The notes beneath the pieces were generated by a model. It made no database searches and was not told the origin of the DNA. It saw only the letters and a program-made list of their open reading frames with translations. A stretch of 64,000 nucleotides of DNA, taken from positions 59,086,001 through 59,150,000 of the forward strand of contig OX597814.1 in the NCBI GenBank assembly GCA_951406725.2, read 5' to 3'. Each line of letters opens with the position of its first letter. Position 1 is the first letter of the stretch. The DNA comes from Octopus vulgaris. Its lineage: Eukaryota. A program made the translations under genes and the position numbers. Positions 1-12,333 of this stretch are shown here, in pieces.

Positions 1-190
1 TTCCTTTCTACTCTAGGCTCATGGGGGATGGGGCAGTCGATTAGATCGACCCCAGTCGATTTATCGACCTCGAAAATATGAAAGGCAAAGTCGACCTCGG
101 CGGAATTTGAACACAGAACGTAAAGACTGACGAAATACCCCTAAGCATTTTTCCCGTTGTGCTACCGTTTCTGCCAACTAGCTGCCTTAA
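1..190 (-). mobile_element. tRNA-derived SINE, family A (partial, internally deleted)
   Basis: Reverse complement matches the SINE at 36011-36409 (GGCAGAAACG.TAGCAC head; GTTCAAATTCCGCCGAGGTCGACTTTGCCTTTCAT body). Confidence 0.85.
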
Positions 191-1590
191 GAAGAAATCA
201 ATATTATGTTAATGACCTAATTTGATTTTTGTTATAGCATCCACTGTTCAGATAATTACGGGTGTATTAAGTTTATTTTTTCAGGATAGTTGGAATGTTT
301 CCGTTCAAATGATGTATATACATATGGTATGTGTAAGAGTTTAAGTCATAATGTACTTTCATAAAAGCAGTAAATTGTACAGCACTATAAAACCAACACA
401 AATAAATGAATGGATATATAACAGTGGAATAAAAGACGACGAAGATGAAAACAATTATCAATTCTTTCACGGAACATATAAGGTTAATGAATTTAATCGA
501 ATAGAACATGAATATCTAAAACTGAATAAGAGAGCTGGAGAGATGCACACAGTGACATAAAACAATGTTTTTGGTAATGTAAAATTTTGAAAATTGTGTG
601 TGGCTGTGACTTCCTGTGTAAATCTTCAATATGTCATTTGGAATAGGTACAGACAGTAGATCTGTTAGGATAACGCTCAAATCCATGGGATTTTTCCTTT
701 TCCCTTGCTTCTTAATGCATTATTTGCACGAAGGCAAATATTAGCGATTTGCATCAGCACATTGAAAAGAAATTAATAAAACATAACTAAGACAATGATG
801 CACTTAATTAACAAGCTACACTCGTTGAGCTTCATATAATGAATATAGACTTTGCCGCAAAACATAATTGTACATGTATATGTATAAATCTCTCTGTCTT
901 TCTCTCTCTCTCTCTACGAATAGTTTGAGAAAGCCATCTGCATATCTCAAATTGCGAAAGTGTCACCTATTTCTATATCCTTTCAGTATATTTCATAACT
1001 TCAAATGGCAGTAAAACTCTAAATTAGTTTCGTGACATATCAGTAATGATGTAACGGTCATTAAGCAACAAATTGAATGGAAATTGTTGATATATGTTAT
1101 GTTTCAGGTTAGAGTGCTCGATTAGACTGCCCATCAGCAAATGATTAATTAATTTAGATTAACGTAGCATCTTAAAAATGTGTGGATGCAAATAGTTTTA
1201 AAATACTGATGCCTACAACTAACCATGCTTCAAGTGAAATTTTCATCGACTTGTTATAATACTCAGGCTGGCTTGTTTTTAACAGTTGTCTTTCGAAGTT
1301 TTCGATTATATGATAAATTTTAGTAATTTCAGATTATTAAGTCTTATAGATTATCTTTCTCTTCACTAACACTTGCAGTATTCTTACATTTGACTATACA
1401 AAACACAGAATGAAATTCAGACTGTATGAGCTTGTAACTATTACTGATAATTTTAGTATAACATCAATAGTAGTTATCAACCTAAACCAAGATATAGATA
1501 TAATTATGCCAATGAAATTTAATGTTTCTAGAAGGCATTCAACTAATATATGTAAACACTTCATGATTTCAATGCCTTTCTATCACGAGC

Positions 1591-1594
<4 letters not shown>

Positions 1595-1661
<67 letters not shown>
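1595..1661. repeat. (TA)n microsatellite (representative of dozens in the window)
   Basis: Direct reading of an uninterrupted AT run. Confidence 0.97.
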
Positions 1662-1665
<4 letters not shown>

Positions 1666-2151
1666 CCGTTTGGGTATGTTGTCCTTTCACACAAGGGGAT
1701 ATTATTGGGAGAAAAGGTAGCACGCCGGACAAAATGTCAGAATATTAAGCTGCATTTCGTCTATATTAACGTTCTCACTCCAAATTCCGCTGACTTTGCT
1801 TTTATCTTTTTCGGATCGATGAAACAATGTGCCTCTTATAAAAATGACGATTATTGTTATAACCCTGTAACATATTCTATATCAAGACCCAACTACTGTA
1901 AAATATTATTTAATATGTAATAAAAAATACCATGTGATACACCATGATATATAAATTAGGTTGGGAATATCTTAATTAGGAACTGAATTTGATGCTTATG
2001 CCAAACGTCTTAAATGTAATACTTGCATACTGTACTGTAACACTTTTCTCCATAAAGTCAAGCATTCCCCATTATGTTTTTTTCGTATTCTACTTAATCG
2101 AAACAAATATATAATTAGCAACTATACGATTCACTTACTCTGTTCCAAACT

Positions 2152-2190
2152 TCAGGTATTGACAACCGATCAGGTATTGACAACCGATCA
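2152..2190. repeat. 18-bp tandem duplication
   Basis: TCAGGTATTGACAACCGA x2 followed by TCA. Confidence 0.9.
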
Positions 2191-4792
2191 ACTTAGAAAA
2201 GCATTCATTAGAAAATACTATTATAATGTATTTAAAAATACAATTTTCATTACATTACATATTAAAAATACAAGCTTCTCTTACTCCATTCGCCACTGTC
2301 AAAGTCTATGTATATCACTGTAGCTAGCTAGTAACGATGCTAGTTGGACTACTAACTTTTTGTGTTCGAATAATTCTGATCAATTTATTTTAAATCCCTC
2401 CCAATATTTATATATCTTGCTGGCTCTGTCATCTTTCATTCAATACATAATTTTCGCTACCTACATTTCAATTTTGCTCTCCGATTTCATGGCTACGGCT
2501 GCAAGTTTGGGTGTGTGAACGTGTGAGTCTAGTTATGCGATCTCCTGTCAGTTGGTCGATATATTTATTGAAACTTCACCGCCCTGTTTCTCCTCTTTTT
2601 TCCGATTTCCAGGTCCTATCTAGTTTTCACAGATTTTCATTATATTCTCCCTCTCTTTTCTTTCTCTTTAACAGTTTCTGCCTCTCTCTTACTCTCTGTC
2701 TATATTATATACATGCGTGTTTCTCTGTGTGAATGTGTTGATGCGTGTATCTTTGTATGTGTGCATGCGCGCGTGTAAATATTATTCTCAATTTATTCAG
2801 AACCTTTCTTCTTAGTCTTTCTTTTTTTCTTATTTTCGTGTATTTGAGTAAGATCTTTCCAACGGAAATTAGTAATCTGATACATCTCTTTAAAATGTTT
2901 TATTCCATTTATTTGCCTTCTTTATTCACTCCTTCACAATTTGCTAACATTTTTCAATTATTTTTTCTTTTCTCCTCTCTACAAGCATTGTCCCAACAAA
3001 TATTCCAAAGATCTCCCGAACTTAGCAGTCACCTGATATTAGCAAAGAAAAAAAACGGAAATGATATATTAACAATAAAATCTTATTTATTTTGGACGCC
3101 AGAATATTCATATTTATTTCTTAAATTTTAATGTATTTACTTCCATGGTTTTAACAGTAAGCTTAAACCGCTCAAAAATATTCTCCAATCCATGATTTAT
3201 AATGCAGAAAAAATTGTAAATCACTGAACATAAAAGTAAACAGTATATACAAATGATAAATGAATAAATAATATATTACCCAATGATTATTATGCTCTGA
3301 GGTAGTATTATACAACACAAACTGTGAATTTTAAATTGCAATGGTATCAAATCAAAATTCTTCATACGAATCCGTCGCTTTAAGCATGATTGCATGTAAA
3401 TTATAAGAAGGAAAAGAAAGAGTAAAAGAAACAGCGGGAAAGAATTATAAAGTCGGCCACCAACTGTGACAATAGCTGGCAATCATAACACCGCTACATG
3501 AGGGCTTACATGCTGTACTAAACTTCAGTGGAAAGCACGATTTGCATATCTAAAAATAATAGCATTGTTATACTGAAGTGAGCGGTCAGCTTGAGGCGTA
3601 AACACACATTAATTTAACGTATCAATATTGTGCGCCAGTTCCTATCGTTACTTTATCTTGCGTTGGCAGTGGTATTGCATTTCATAGTGCATTACATTAC
3701 GTTATGCAACATTTCCATAAGAATACAAAACACATAAGCAACGAGGAGGAAGCCAAAAACACACGCAAAGCTTGAAAATATGCTGAAACATCTTTCTTAT
3801 TGAAGATATAATTCAGACTTTACGAGAGAGTGGAAGACAAGCGACAAGTTAAAATTGCTAAGCGATATATCACAATTTCATGAGTTATGAGCAATGCTCT
3901 GCGAAGCAGTGGTCACTGTTGAGTAACTAGAAGTGAACCGCAACCAATTACTTAGCAAATAATCTCAATGGTCGTCAGGGTTCACTCGCGACTATACAAC
4001 AATGGCATTTGCCATATTTGCATATCACTATGCTGTCAACCTTTTTCAGTACGGTAATGTATGTTAGTGTGTAGTAAGGCAAGTGACTATGAAACTGATA
4101 TAAATATAATATTTTATTTTTTTGAGATTGTATCAAATCTATAAAAAAAAAAAAAAACTATATTTATTCATTGGACATTTCGTCACATGAGATATTTATG
4201 ACAGATCATCGATCGATGACTGCAGTATTCAGCGTATAAAACAGGAAATTTGGGATGGAAATACGGAGATAAAGGTTATAAAACATATATAACTAAGATT
4301 GGATGAGGTGCATATTGATCATTTCGACTTTAAAGCATCTCCCCCTAATGCATTCGTCTGCATCGCAATAATGTATAGTTGTTATCGCACCGGAAATATA
4401 TTTAGTTGCATTATTCCGACATTAATTTCCTTGGTCAAATGCATCTGTGGTTGACTTTGCCTCTTATCTGTGATCGATAAAATAAGTACCGCTTGAATAC
4501 TGAGATCAATGTAATCGTCTTCTCCTTCCTCTGAAATTGCAGGCCTTGTACTAAGTTTTGTAACCAATAATATATATGTTTACTTTATTAATTGCTACAC
4601 AAACTCCTTCACAAACTCTGTGATCATATTTATAAACCATGATATATATATTAATCCAGGTATGACGAACGCACATATGAATTGTGCATTCTTGCACTAT
4701 TATAGTTATATAGTGGGTGTGCGTGTCTGTGTTTGTGTCTGTGTGTGTGTGTGTGTGTGTGTGTACGTAGATATATACAGTTATAGTCAAAC

Positions 4793-5176
4793 GTGGAGGC
4801 GCAATGGCCCAGTGGTTAGGACAGCGGACTCGCGGTCGTAGGATCGCGGTTTCGATTCCCAGACCGGGCGTTGTGAGTGTTTATTGAGCGAAAACACCTA
4901 AAGCTCCACGAGGCTCCGGCAGGGATAGTGGTGATCCCTTTTGTACTCTCTCACCACAACTTTCTCTCACTCTTACTTCCTGTTTTTGTGGTACCTGAAT
5001 TTCAAAGGGCCGGCCTTGTCACTCTCTGTGTCACGCTGAATATCCCCGAGAACTACGTTAAGGGTACACGTGTCTGTGGAGTGCTCAGCCACTTACACGT
5101 TAATTTCACGAGCAGGCTGTTCCGTTGATCGGATCAACCGGAACCCTCGTCGTCGTAACCGACGGAGTGCTTCCAC
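4793..5176 (+). mobile_element. tRNA-derived SINE, family B, full length with TSD
   Basis: Pol III A box TGGCCCAGTGG (4805-4815) and B box GGTTTCGATTCCC (4848-4860). Flanked by 11-bp direct repeat TATAGTCAAAC (4782-4792 and 5177-5187). Confidence 0.88.
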
Positions 5177-5242
5177 TATAGTCAAACATATATCATGTAT
5201 TTCTGTGTGCATATTTATTTCTGTGTGTATATATACATATAT

Positions 5243-5497
5243 GTGGAGGCGCGTGGCTTAGTGGTTAGAGTTGTCAACACTATGATCGTAAGATTGTGGT
5301 TTCGATTCCTGGACCGGGTGACGCGTTGTGTTCTTGAGCAAAACACTTCATTTCACGTTGCTCCAGTCCACTCAGCTGCCAAAAATGAGTAACGCTGCGA
5401 TGGACTGGCGTCCCATCCAGCTGGGAAACACATGCGCTATAGAAACCGGAAAAGCCGACCCATGGGCCTGACTAGGCTTTAAAAGGGCACATTTATT
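5243..5497 (+). mobile_element. tRNA-derived SINE, family C
   Basis: A box TGGCTTAGTGG and B box GGTTTCGATTCC. Body TTCTTGAGCAAAACACTT...GCGATGGACTGGCGTCCCATCCAG. A second copy lies on the minus strand at ~17010-17229. Confidence 0.85.
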
Positions 5498-5559
5498 TAT
5501 TATTATATTTAGATATATGTGAGTGTGCCTGTGTACATGCGGGCAAACACTCACGCACA

Positions 5560-5611
<52 letters not shown>

Positions 5612-5612
<1 letters not shown>

Positions 5613-5847
5613 TTTATTTAAAGCAGCAGAAAATTCAACAAAACATGTTACTCCGAGTTTCCCGTTGCCGTTCATCGGATAGTTTTTGCTAGAATCTAGC
5701 AAAAACTGTCCGCTGAACGGCAACGGGAAACTCAGAGTAACAGGTCTTGTTGAATTTTCTGTTGCTTTAAATAAAGCATATTACTCTATCACTGATATTT
5801 GGGTACTCTTTTTTCCACCTTGTTTCACATTTATGTGTTTACTCCGG
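5612..5847. mobile_element. Fold-back mini-element (82-bp arms, 5612-5776, 1-nt loop at 5694) with a hammerhead-like motif in each arm, bounded by (TA)n
   Basis: Arms are reverse complements with 6 mismatches. Right arm reads ctgt CCGCTGA a cg-GCAA-cg g GAAA ctcagag TA acag (5706-5743); the left arm has CCGATGA. Confidence 0.75.
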
Positions 5848-6420
5848 TATATATATATATATATATATACATATATATGCAGGCACCCACACACATATGT
5901 AGGCAACAAAAAGAGATGGTGTCGATGGGGAACGTGGGTGCAATGGAAATCAACATCTCTCAACTGGTGTTTCATTTCCATTTTCGTATCAGAGCAAGAT
6001 TGATGCGTCTTATCTAAATAATTTCTGAAAATTTTCTTTATGACATATTTCATAGTTTTGTCCACCATTATTCCATAATTATAGACTGTAGAATCTATTT
6101 TATTTTGCAGTCAAATTACCCCTTTCTTCGGTCGTCTTCATTTCATTATCGTATGTAGTACCCTCTTACGTATTACCATCGAAACGATAATGGGCATATT
6201 TTGTTCAACCATAATCTTTCCATCCTGGTCGATAAAATGCAAACCTTTGTTTTGGCTATTGTGACGGATCTTCATTTTCTGAACCAGCTCGTGAATATAA
6301 ATATTTCCTTCACTGAAAATATTGTAATCATAAATGCACACACACATCCACGCACAAACACACACACCAACGCATACACAAATACAAATGAATATATTCG
6401 TGTACCTATAGTTATATGCT

Positions 6421-8541
6421 CATCATCATTGTTCGACCGTGGTCGAGACAATGGAATTTACCATGTTGCGCCAGACTTCACGGTCCATCATAGCATTACG
6501 GAGGTCCTGTTGCTGGATGCCTGTATCCCTGGAGATTACATCAGGGTAGGAGAGTGTGCGCCCTCTGGTGTTGCGAGTAGATGGCTTCCAGAGGAGAAGA
6601 GTAGAAATTACTTTCTTTTTCAGCTCTACAACAATGTCCAGCAAACTGGACTCTCCTACCCTTCACAAGAGATGACACAGGTGGTAATTTCCCATATATT
6701 TGCATTTTAGTTGGATGGCGCCTCCACGAGAGATTTTGAGCTCTCATAAGGAGGCGAGTGTAGGTTCCATCCAACCGCCTCTCAAGCTTCTTTGATAACG
6801 TCCAGGTTTCTGAGCCATATAGTAGGATTGGTTCGACTGTGGCTTTGAATATTTCAAGTTTGAAGTCTCTACTTAGATTTGATGACCAGATCTTATGCAT
6901 GTCATTACAGGCTGACCAGGCCATATCCTTTCTAGTTAGAAAGTCTTTTCCAGATGATGATATGTATGACCCAAGATATTTATAATGAGAAACCATATTT
7001 AAAGGTGCACTGTTGAGAGTGTGGATGATGCAATCACTGTTGGACAGGCACTTGTTTATGTATTCAGTTTTGGTCTCATTAAGGTAAAGACCTACACAAT
7101 TTGAGGCTTGTTCAAGAGATTGTAAAAGAGACTGGGCATTGGAGAGAGAATCACTGATAAGAGCGATGTCGTCAGCAAAGTCAGTGTCTGTCAAGTACTC
7201 AGCTGGGTGTCTGGAACTTCTTCTTGGTTTTATTTCAAAGCCCTTGCCAGAGATGGTATCAACTGACATACGTAGCACATAATCAACAACAATGATGAAA
7301 AGAAATGGGGCGAGTGTGTCTCCCTGCAGTATTCCGGCCTCGATCGAGAAAGATGATGTTTCTCCATCTGGGGTTAAGATGGTTGAAGACGTATCTGTGT
7401 AGAGGACCTTGATGGCAGAAATAATTTTGTCTGGTATCCCATAGAGCTTAAGGATTTCAAACATCTTGCACCTATCTACAGAATCGAACGCTTTAGAAAA
7501 GTCTACAAATACCATTGCAAGATCGCGATTAAATGCTTTTGATTCTTCAATAAGTCTGCGCAGGCATAGTATCTGGCTCAGCGTTGAGCGCCCATGTCTG
7601 AATCCATTTTGGTTCTTTCGGAGCAAAGGTTCAACAAAAAGGACAAGACGATTTAGGATCAGTTTGTTGTACAGTTTTGCAGCAATTGACATTAGAGATA
7701 TGCCCCTGTAGTTGGCGACGAGGGACAAATCGCCTTTTTTGGGTATTGGAATAATTTGAGACTGGTGCCAAATCTTTGGAGCGACAAAGGTGGAAAGTGC
7801 GTGGTTGCAGAGGTTAAGCAAAAGTGTGTGAAATCTATCATCCTTCCAAATCACAGCCGGAATGTTGTCGGGACCAAATGCTTTCGAGGCTTTTAGTTGC
7901 TTGGTGGCTGCTGTTAGTTCAAATATGGTAAAAGGGGAGGTGTTGATGTCCAGCGTGTCTGATATAGGCACACTTGGGAGAGTGGGGTTATCAGGGATTT
8001 TGGCATTCTTCCCAAGGAGGTTTTTAAAATGGGTTGACCAATTTTCTAAACGCTTCTTAGCTGATCCCCCTTTAATTCTAATTGATGACACAGAATTTTT
8101 GCCTGATAGGTCTTTGATGGATTTCCAGGCGAGATGGTGTTTTTTACTAATGTGCTCTTTCGATAGTTTACTAATTTTGCCATTGATAAATTCGACATCG
8201 GCGTTCAAGTAAGCCTCATCAAGATTCTTCCTGGCAGCTATGAGTTGGATCTTCAGTGACTGGGATGGAGAACGGTGGTAAGCTAGTGATATAGACTTTA
8301 GATGGTTTCTGGCTTCGATGACATTTGGGGAATTAGAAGGTTTGCTCTGGCCCCTCCTCTTCCTTTTGGGAAGAGTAGCCAGTGCAACTTCCTCTGTTGA
8401 TTTGATGAGGCTGCTGTATACTTCCTCAATGTTCTCAGCATCTATTTCAGAAGTAGACAGAGATTGAAATTTGTTATAGACCTCAATAGTAAATTGTTTG
8501 GACATATCGGGGTTAGATAAGACTTCCTCCCAGTCGATCAT
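6421..8541 (-). mobile_element. RTE-clade non-LTR retrotransposon, 5'-truncated
   Basis: RT ORF, short (TGA)n tail at the 3' end, and 9-bp TSD TTATATGCT (6412-6420 and 8542-8550). Confidence 0.92.
6541..8541 (-). pseudogene. Reverse transcriptase ORF of the RTE LINE (666 aa; lacks the N-terminal endonuclease; C-terminus frameshifted into ORF 6426-6644)
   Basis: Motifs KAFGPDNIP, PIPKKGD..NYRGISL, QNGFR, FVDFSKAFDSV, GILQGDTLAPFLF, DFADDIAL, YKYLGS, LLYGSETWTL. Confidence 0.92.
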
Positions 8542-8552
8542 TTATATGCTAG

Positions 8553-8620
<68 letters not shown>

Positions 8621-8744
8621 TACATGTGTGTGTATGTATATATGCATATCTATATATAGTATATATATATATTATATATATATATATATATATGAACCCT
8701 CCACAAAACCCCCATCTCCAAAAATTTGAAGCGGATATGATTAA

Positions 8745-9646
8745 TCTATATATATAATATGCTTGGCTTATTAGAAATTTATGAAACTATAGAAAATATT
8801 ATAGATATTACTAAAGTGACATAGGGCACCATGTAGTACCACCATTGCTAGAGATAAGAATCTAAAGAACTTAATTAACCACAGAAGCGCTATTTCAATG
8901 ACTGGCAAGGGAGACAGATCATCGGTGGTTTCGAATTTGTATGGAAAAGCATCTTAATCATCATCGGTGGTACTTACCGCGCCTAAGATTCAACGCAATT
9001 CACCATGTCAGATTTTAAGGAATCCGGTGAACTCATGCTGATTTCATAAACGGTAAAACTTACATCATATAATATGGGTGGCTTATTATCAATTTAACAA
9101 GCTAAAGGCAAAGTTATAGACGTCACTAAAGTGACAAGGTGAGTTGGATTTAATCTTAGACGCGGTAAAAACCACCGATAAGAATTAAGACGTTCTAGCA
9201 TCAACTTCGAAATCGTCATGTCCACTAGGGAGCCTGTCTCTCTTGTCAATGATGAAGATAGTGCTTCTGTGGCTATTGAGTTGTTTTGGCTCTTATTTCT
9301 AGCAACGCTGGCGCTATTTAATACCTTCTGTCACTTTAATGACGTCTATAATTATGCCTTTATTTTCTTCAATTGCTTAGAACCCACCCATATTAATTGC
9401 AGATTTTCACTTTTAAGGTTTTTTTTTTTTTTTAAATCAAGGTATGAGATCAATGGATTTCTTATAAACTGACAAGGTCAGTTGGGTTTACTCCTAGGAG
9501 CGGTAAGAGCCACCGATGAGAATTAAGCTGCTCTAGCATCAAAAGTCGATATCACCAGTAATCTCGCTATGTCCGTTACGGAACTAGTCTCCCTGGTCAG
9601 TCATTAAAATAGTGGTTCTGTGGCTATTAAATTATTTTCACTCTTA
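8745..9646. repeat. Inverted pair of tandem ~315-340 bp monomers (order C, B-rc, C | B, C-rc, B) with a degenerate hammerhead-like core in each B module
   Basis: Module junctions at TGACA/TGTCA: 8817, 9006, 9132, 9329, 9470. The cores read CCGAT(G/A)A-gaatt..gatgc-tcta-gcatc..ttc-GAAA (consensus) at 9175-9212 (+), from 9513 (+) and ~8930-8968 (-). Confidence 0.65.
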
Positions 9647-9649
9647 AAA

Positions 9650-10017
9650 CACTAAGAAGAATTTGTTCTCAAGAAAATTCTGCAAAACGCCAGAACGCAA
9701 GCGAGCAAGACAATTCAAAAAATTAAAAATATAAACAATAGACACATACCAGATTTCATTGTTACCATTTACATATTTACAATCGTAAATGTCTGCAATT
9801 CATCAATGCGACCGTCATAGAAAATATAATTTGCGGATTATATTTTCAATGATTATCGCACTGATGAATTGTGGACATGTATTTATATAAATATGTAAAG
9901 GGTAACATCGAAACCTGGTATGTGACTAATGATTATATTTCGTATCTTTTTAATTGTCTTTCTCGCTTACGTTCTGGCGTTTTGCCGAATTTTCTTGAGA
10001 ACAATTTCTTCTTAGTG
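9650..10017. mobile_element. Fold-back element (~180-bp diverged arms, centre 9831-9836) with a hammerhead motif in the right arm
   Basis: Ends CACTAAGAAGAA...TTCTTCTTAGTG. Right arm reads tcgca CTGATGA [42 nt] GAAA cctgg TA tgtga (9856-9925). Confidence 0.75.
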
Positions 10018-10175
10018 GTCAGACCATATGGGGTCCACATTTAGCATATTGGTTGTCTACCTGGTGATCATCCCTCATTTATGTATGTAATATTATTTTT
10101 CTGAATCTTCATATTTTTCAATATGCTAGGCCACTGATACTAATCAAATTAATATCAATTCTTTACACTTATTAT

Positions 10176-10231
<56 letters not shown>

Positions 10232-10253
10232 TGTGTATGTATCTATATATGTA

Positions 10254-10308
<55 letters not shown>

Positions 10309-10318
10309 GTATGTATAA

Positions 10319-10375
<57 letters not shown>

Positions 10376-10399
10376 TATATCGAAATAATCACAAAAACC

Positions 10400-10974
10400 G
10401 AAACGTAAAAGCTGACATCATACTGACTCAGGCGTCATTGTGATATATAAAACTATATTCCACAGGAAGCAACTGTCCGAATAGTCTTCGAAAATGTGCC
10501 AATATCTAACGAATAAGAAGCGAGAGAAAAAATAGTGAGAACGTAGAAATATTAATTTATTCTTAGTTTTTGGGAGTGAGACCGAAAAGAAATATCAATA
10601 TGTAAAAAGAAAACAATACAGAAATAGAGGTACACGCATTAAGCCCTCAATTGCAAAGATATGCATGAGAAAGATGGATAGAAATAATGAATAGAAATAT
10701 GAAAATGCTGAAATGGAGACATTAGGCACCGTGGTGGAGACAAAAATATATAGCTAAATATTTCAAATCTAAGTTCTGATTGTAGATAAAGATAAAGAAA
10801 GAATCTGTAAGTGATTCTGGTCATTGATTTTGGAACGCACCACCTTTGGCAAGTCTTCTAGTAACACCGACTTACTATCATATGTAAACAAGCATCCAAA
10901 CACAAACACTACGCATACTCAGACACACACATATACATACACACATGCACACAAATACACACAGAGAAAATGAG

Positions 10975-11011
<37 letters not shown>

Positions 11012-12180
11012 TTAAGAGATGTAGATATATACTTACAAATAACTTAGCTGAGCATATAGCTGGTACATATACATATATAAACATAAAAATCATACATGCG
11101 TATATACACACGGGCCATCGTATACGCATACTGTCAGCTGGTAGGTATATAGAAAACAGGGAGAAAGGGAGGAAGAGGTTAAAAAATATGTAGGTGATTA
11201 ACTTGTGATTTTGAAAGGTATTATGTGTATAATAAGCAAGTCTTGTAAAAAGATAATTCAAAATACATTCTTCATTGTAAGAAACACAAAATACAATACA
11301 ATTAAATGAAATAAAGTAAGTTAAATATAGTACAATAAGTTAAGATATGGTGATTGAGAGACATGAAAAGAGAGAGGAAAGAAAGATATTGTGAAATGAT
11401 GTCAAATAAGATTTTGAAATATATAAGAATTAGAAAACTATATGTAATTGGTAAAGATGTGGATATTATATGGTGAAACGATATCGAAGCAGAGAACTCA
11501 AAAGCATAGCTATTCATTATATGGGTCTGGAATTTGGATTCTTCATTGGCTCTTTGGATAAGTATTAGGTGAAAGCGAGCGAAGGTCAGAGATCAGAGTG
11601 TCCCTCCAGATTGAACCGCAACTCGCTGAGTAAGTCTCAGCTACAGTACTGCGATTCAAATGCCAAAGGAAACGATCACAAGGCGAATTCCTAAGAAGAC
11701 CGACGAATAGACCGGTATTGATATTGTAAAATATCTATTATTTCAGTTGGTCTCTGTTGGGAATGCAGTTGGAAATTATAATGACAGTTGTTTCTGATAT
11801 GATCCGAAAGAGAAGGTGGCTGAGGACTCTATCCACTACGAGAAGATAGACGGATACATAAGGAATAGTTAGTTTGAGAGAAGTATATGCTAATGAATTT
11901 ACATGACGGAGGTCTTTTAAGACAAGTCATCAAAAAGCCATGTTAATATGTCAGACAAGAAGACCAGAATGATTTTATGTTAAGCGTGTAAATGTTATTG
12001 TGAGAGAACGAGTAGTCAGCAGAATTTACCGAAACATGAAATATACAATGAAGACACAAAAATATCAATATATTTTGTTTTCCGTGGGCAGGGGTATAAA
12101 TTGCTGATAATAAAGCGGAGAATAAAGAAAAAGAATGATGTAAAATACTAACCGTACTACAAATAATAAGTAGAATGAGA
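10400..12180 (-). mobile_element. Highly degraded Penelope-like element remnant (tentative)
   Basis: Collinear broken motifs on the minus strand: PAHGKQNI (RT thumb HPxxxK-like), NNIYTLNI (NxYP-like), LKLTIPYVS, then IFYNINTGLFVGLLRNSPCDRFLWHLNRSTVAE (GIY-YIG-like), followed by pyrimidine-rich UTR-like sequence. Confidence 0.4.
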
Positions 12181-12187
12181 TAGATAA

Positions 12188-12191
<4 letters not shown>

Positions 12192-12256
<65 letters not shown>

Positions 12257-12292
12257 AAGAAGAAGAAGAAGAAGAAGAAGAAGAAGAAGAAG

Positions 12293-12332
<40 letters not shown>
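12192..12332. repeat. Compound microsatellite (GA)n-(GAA)n-(CAA)n
   Basis: Direct reading. Confidence 0.95.

Positions 12333-12333
<1 letters not shown>

Noticed and set aside
3580-4060. Possible old mariner-like fragment
   Set aside because: No TIR pair or transposase motif that I could verify.
4793-4870. tRNA gene call for SINE heads (also 5243, 24148, 36011, 46635)
   Set aside because: No convincing complete cloverleaf. Each continues into a repeated SINE body, some with TSDs.
7466-8212. Plus-strand ORFs of 81 and 116 aa
   Set aside because: Antisense shadows of the RTE RT frame.
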